Origin: a virus
Direction: 5' to 3' (one strand)
Virus record (IMG/VR): IMGVR_UViG_3300044995_000220
Length of the DNA: 34,458 nt
In this document: positions 34,210 to 34,458 of the stretch, piece after piece
How positions within the stretch are numbered: the stretch's first letter is position 1
Layout: every line of letters begins with the position of its first letter
Made by a program: the position numbers and the translations under genes
Notes under the pieces: generated by a model
What the model was told of the DNA's origin: nothing
Database searches by the model: none
Seen by the model: only the letters and a program-made list of their open reading frames with translations

Positions 34210-34353
34210 ATGAAGGTCAAGAAGGGCAAGAAGGTCAAGAAGGTCAAGAAGGTAAGCTTCTGCCGGATTATGACTGCTTCAGGTTTTGGCGCCTTTGTAG
34301 GCGCCATTGCCTGGGAAGGGTTCAAGGTGATGGCTCAGGCTATTAGAGCCTGA
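34210..34353 (+). CDS. 47-aa cationic/hydrophobic peptide, missing from ORF track
   Basis: AAGGAGG SD; MKVKKGKKVKKVKKVSFCRIMTASGFGAFVGAIAWEGFKVMAQAIRA*; own promoter and terminator. Confidence 0.8.
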   Translation: MKVKKGKKVKKVKKVSFCRIMTASGFGAFVGAIAWEGFKVMAQAIRA

Positions 34354-34356
34354 GCC

Positions 34357-34380
34357 AGAGGCCTTCGGGCCCTCTTTTTT
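34357..34380 (+). terminator. Intrinsic terminator with cUUCGg tetraloop
   Basis: agaggcc-ttcg-ggccctct followed by T-tract. Confidence 0.75.
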
Positions 34381-34458
34381 GTGTTTTTTTTAGCTAATAT
34401 ATTTTGTTAGGAGTTTAGAGGGGTTTTGGAGGGGGTATTCTGGAGGGTTTTAGAGGGG

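Noticed and set aside
1-34458. tRNA or rRNA genes, and a host assignment
   Set aside because: No cloverleaf or rRNA-like sequence was seen in intergenic gaps, and nothing in the window identifies the host reliably.

Overview
A segment of a large tailed phage genome, probably a myovirus. No capsid, terminase, integrase, tRNA or cas gene is recognisable in the window. Positions 1-8.9 kb (minus strand) are a tail/baseplate module: a tail-assembly chaperone pair joined by a GGGTTTT -1 frameshift, a 1232-aa tape-measure-like protein and baseplate-like genes. Positions 8.9-30.6 kb (mostly plus strand) hold DNA and nucleotide metabolism genes (DinG-family Fe-S helicase, UvrD-like SF1 helicase, ThyX, DUF1653-dCMP deaminase fusion), a GHKL ATPase-zincin fusion, an XRE regulator, scattered envelope/lysis-like genes and many small hypotheticals. 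Positions 31.2-33.3 kb are a largely non-coding, mirror-symmetric module. It has two inverted arrays of a 19-bp motif, 52-bp inverted repeats, purine-pyrimidine alternating tracts, 4x47-bp repeats and one ribbon-helix-helix-like gene, and it coincides with an apparent strand-skew switch (candidate origin or genome-end junction). Two recurrent regulatory motifs were read directly from the sequence: TAAA-N15-GGTAMAAG followed by a stem-loop (5 copies), and TAnnnT-N6-ATG (4 copies, leaderless-like). All protein calls come from motifs recognised by eye; no searches were run.
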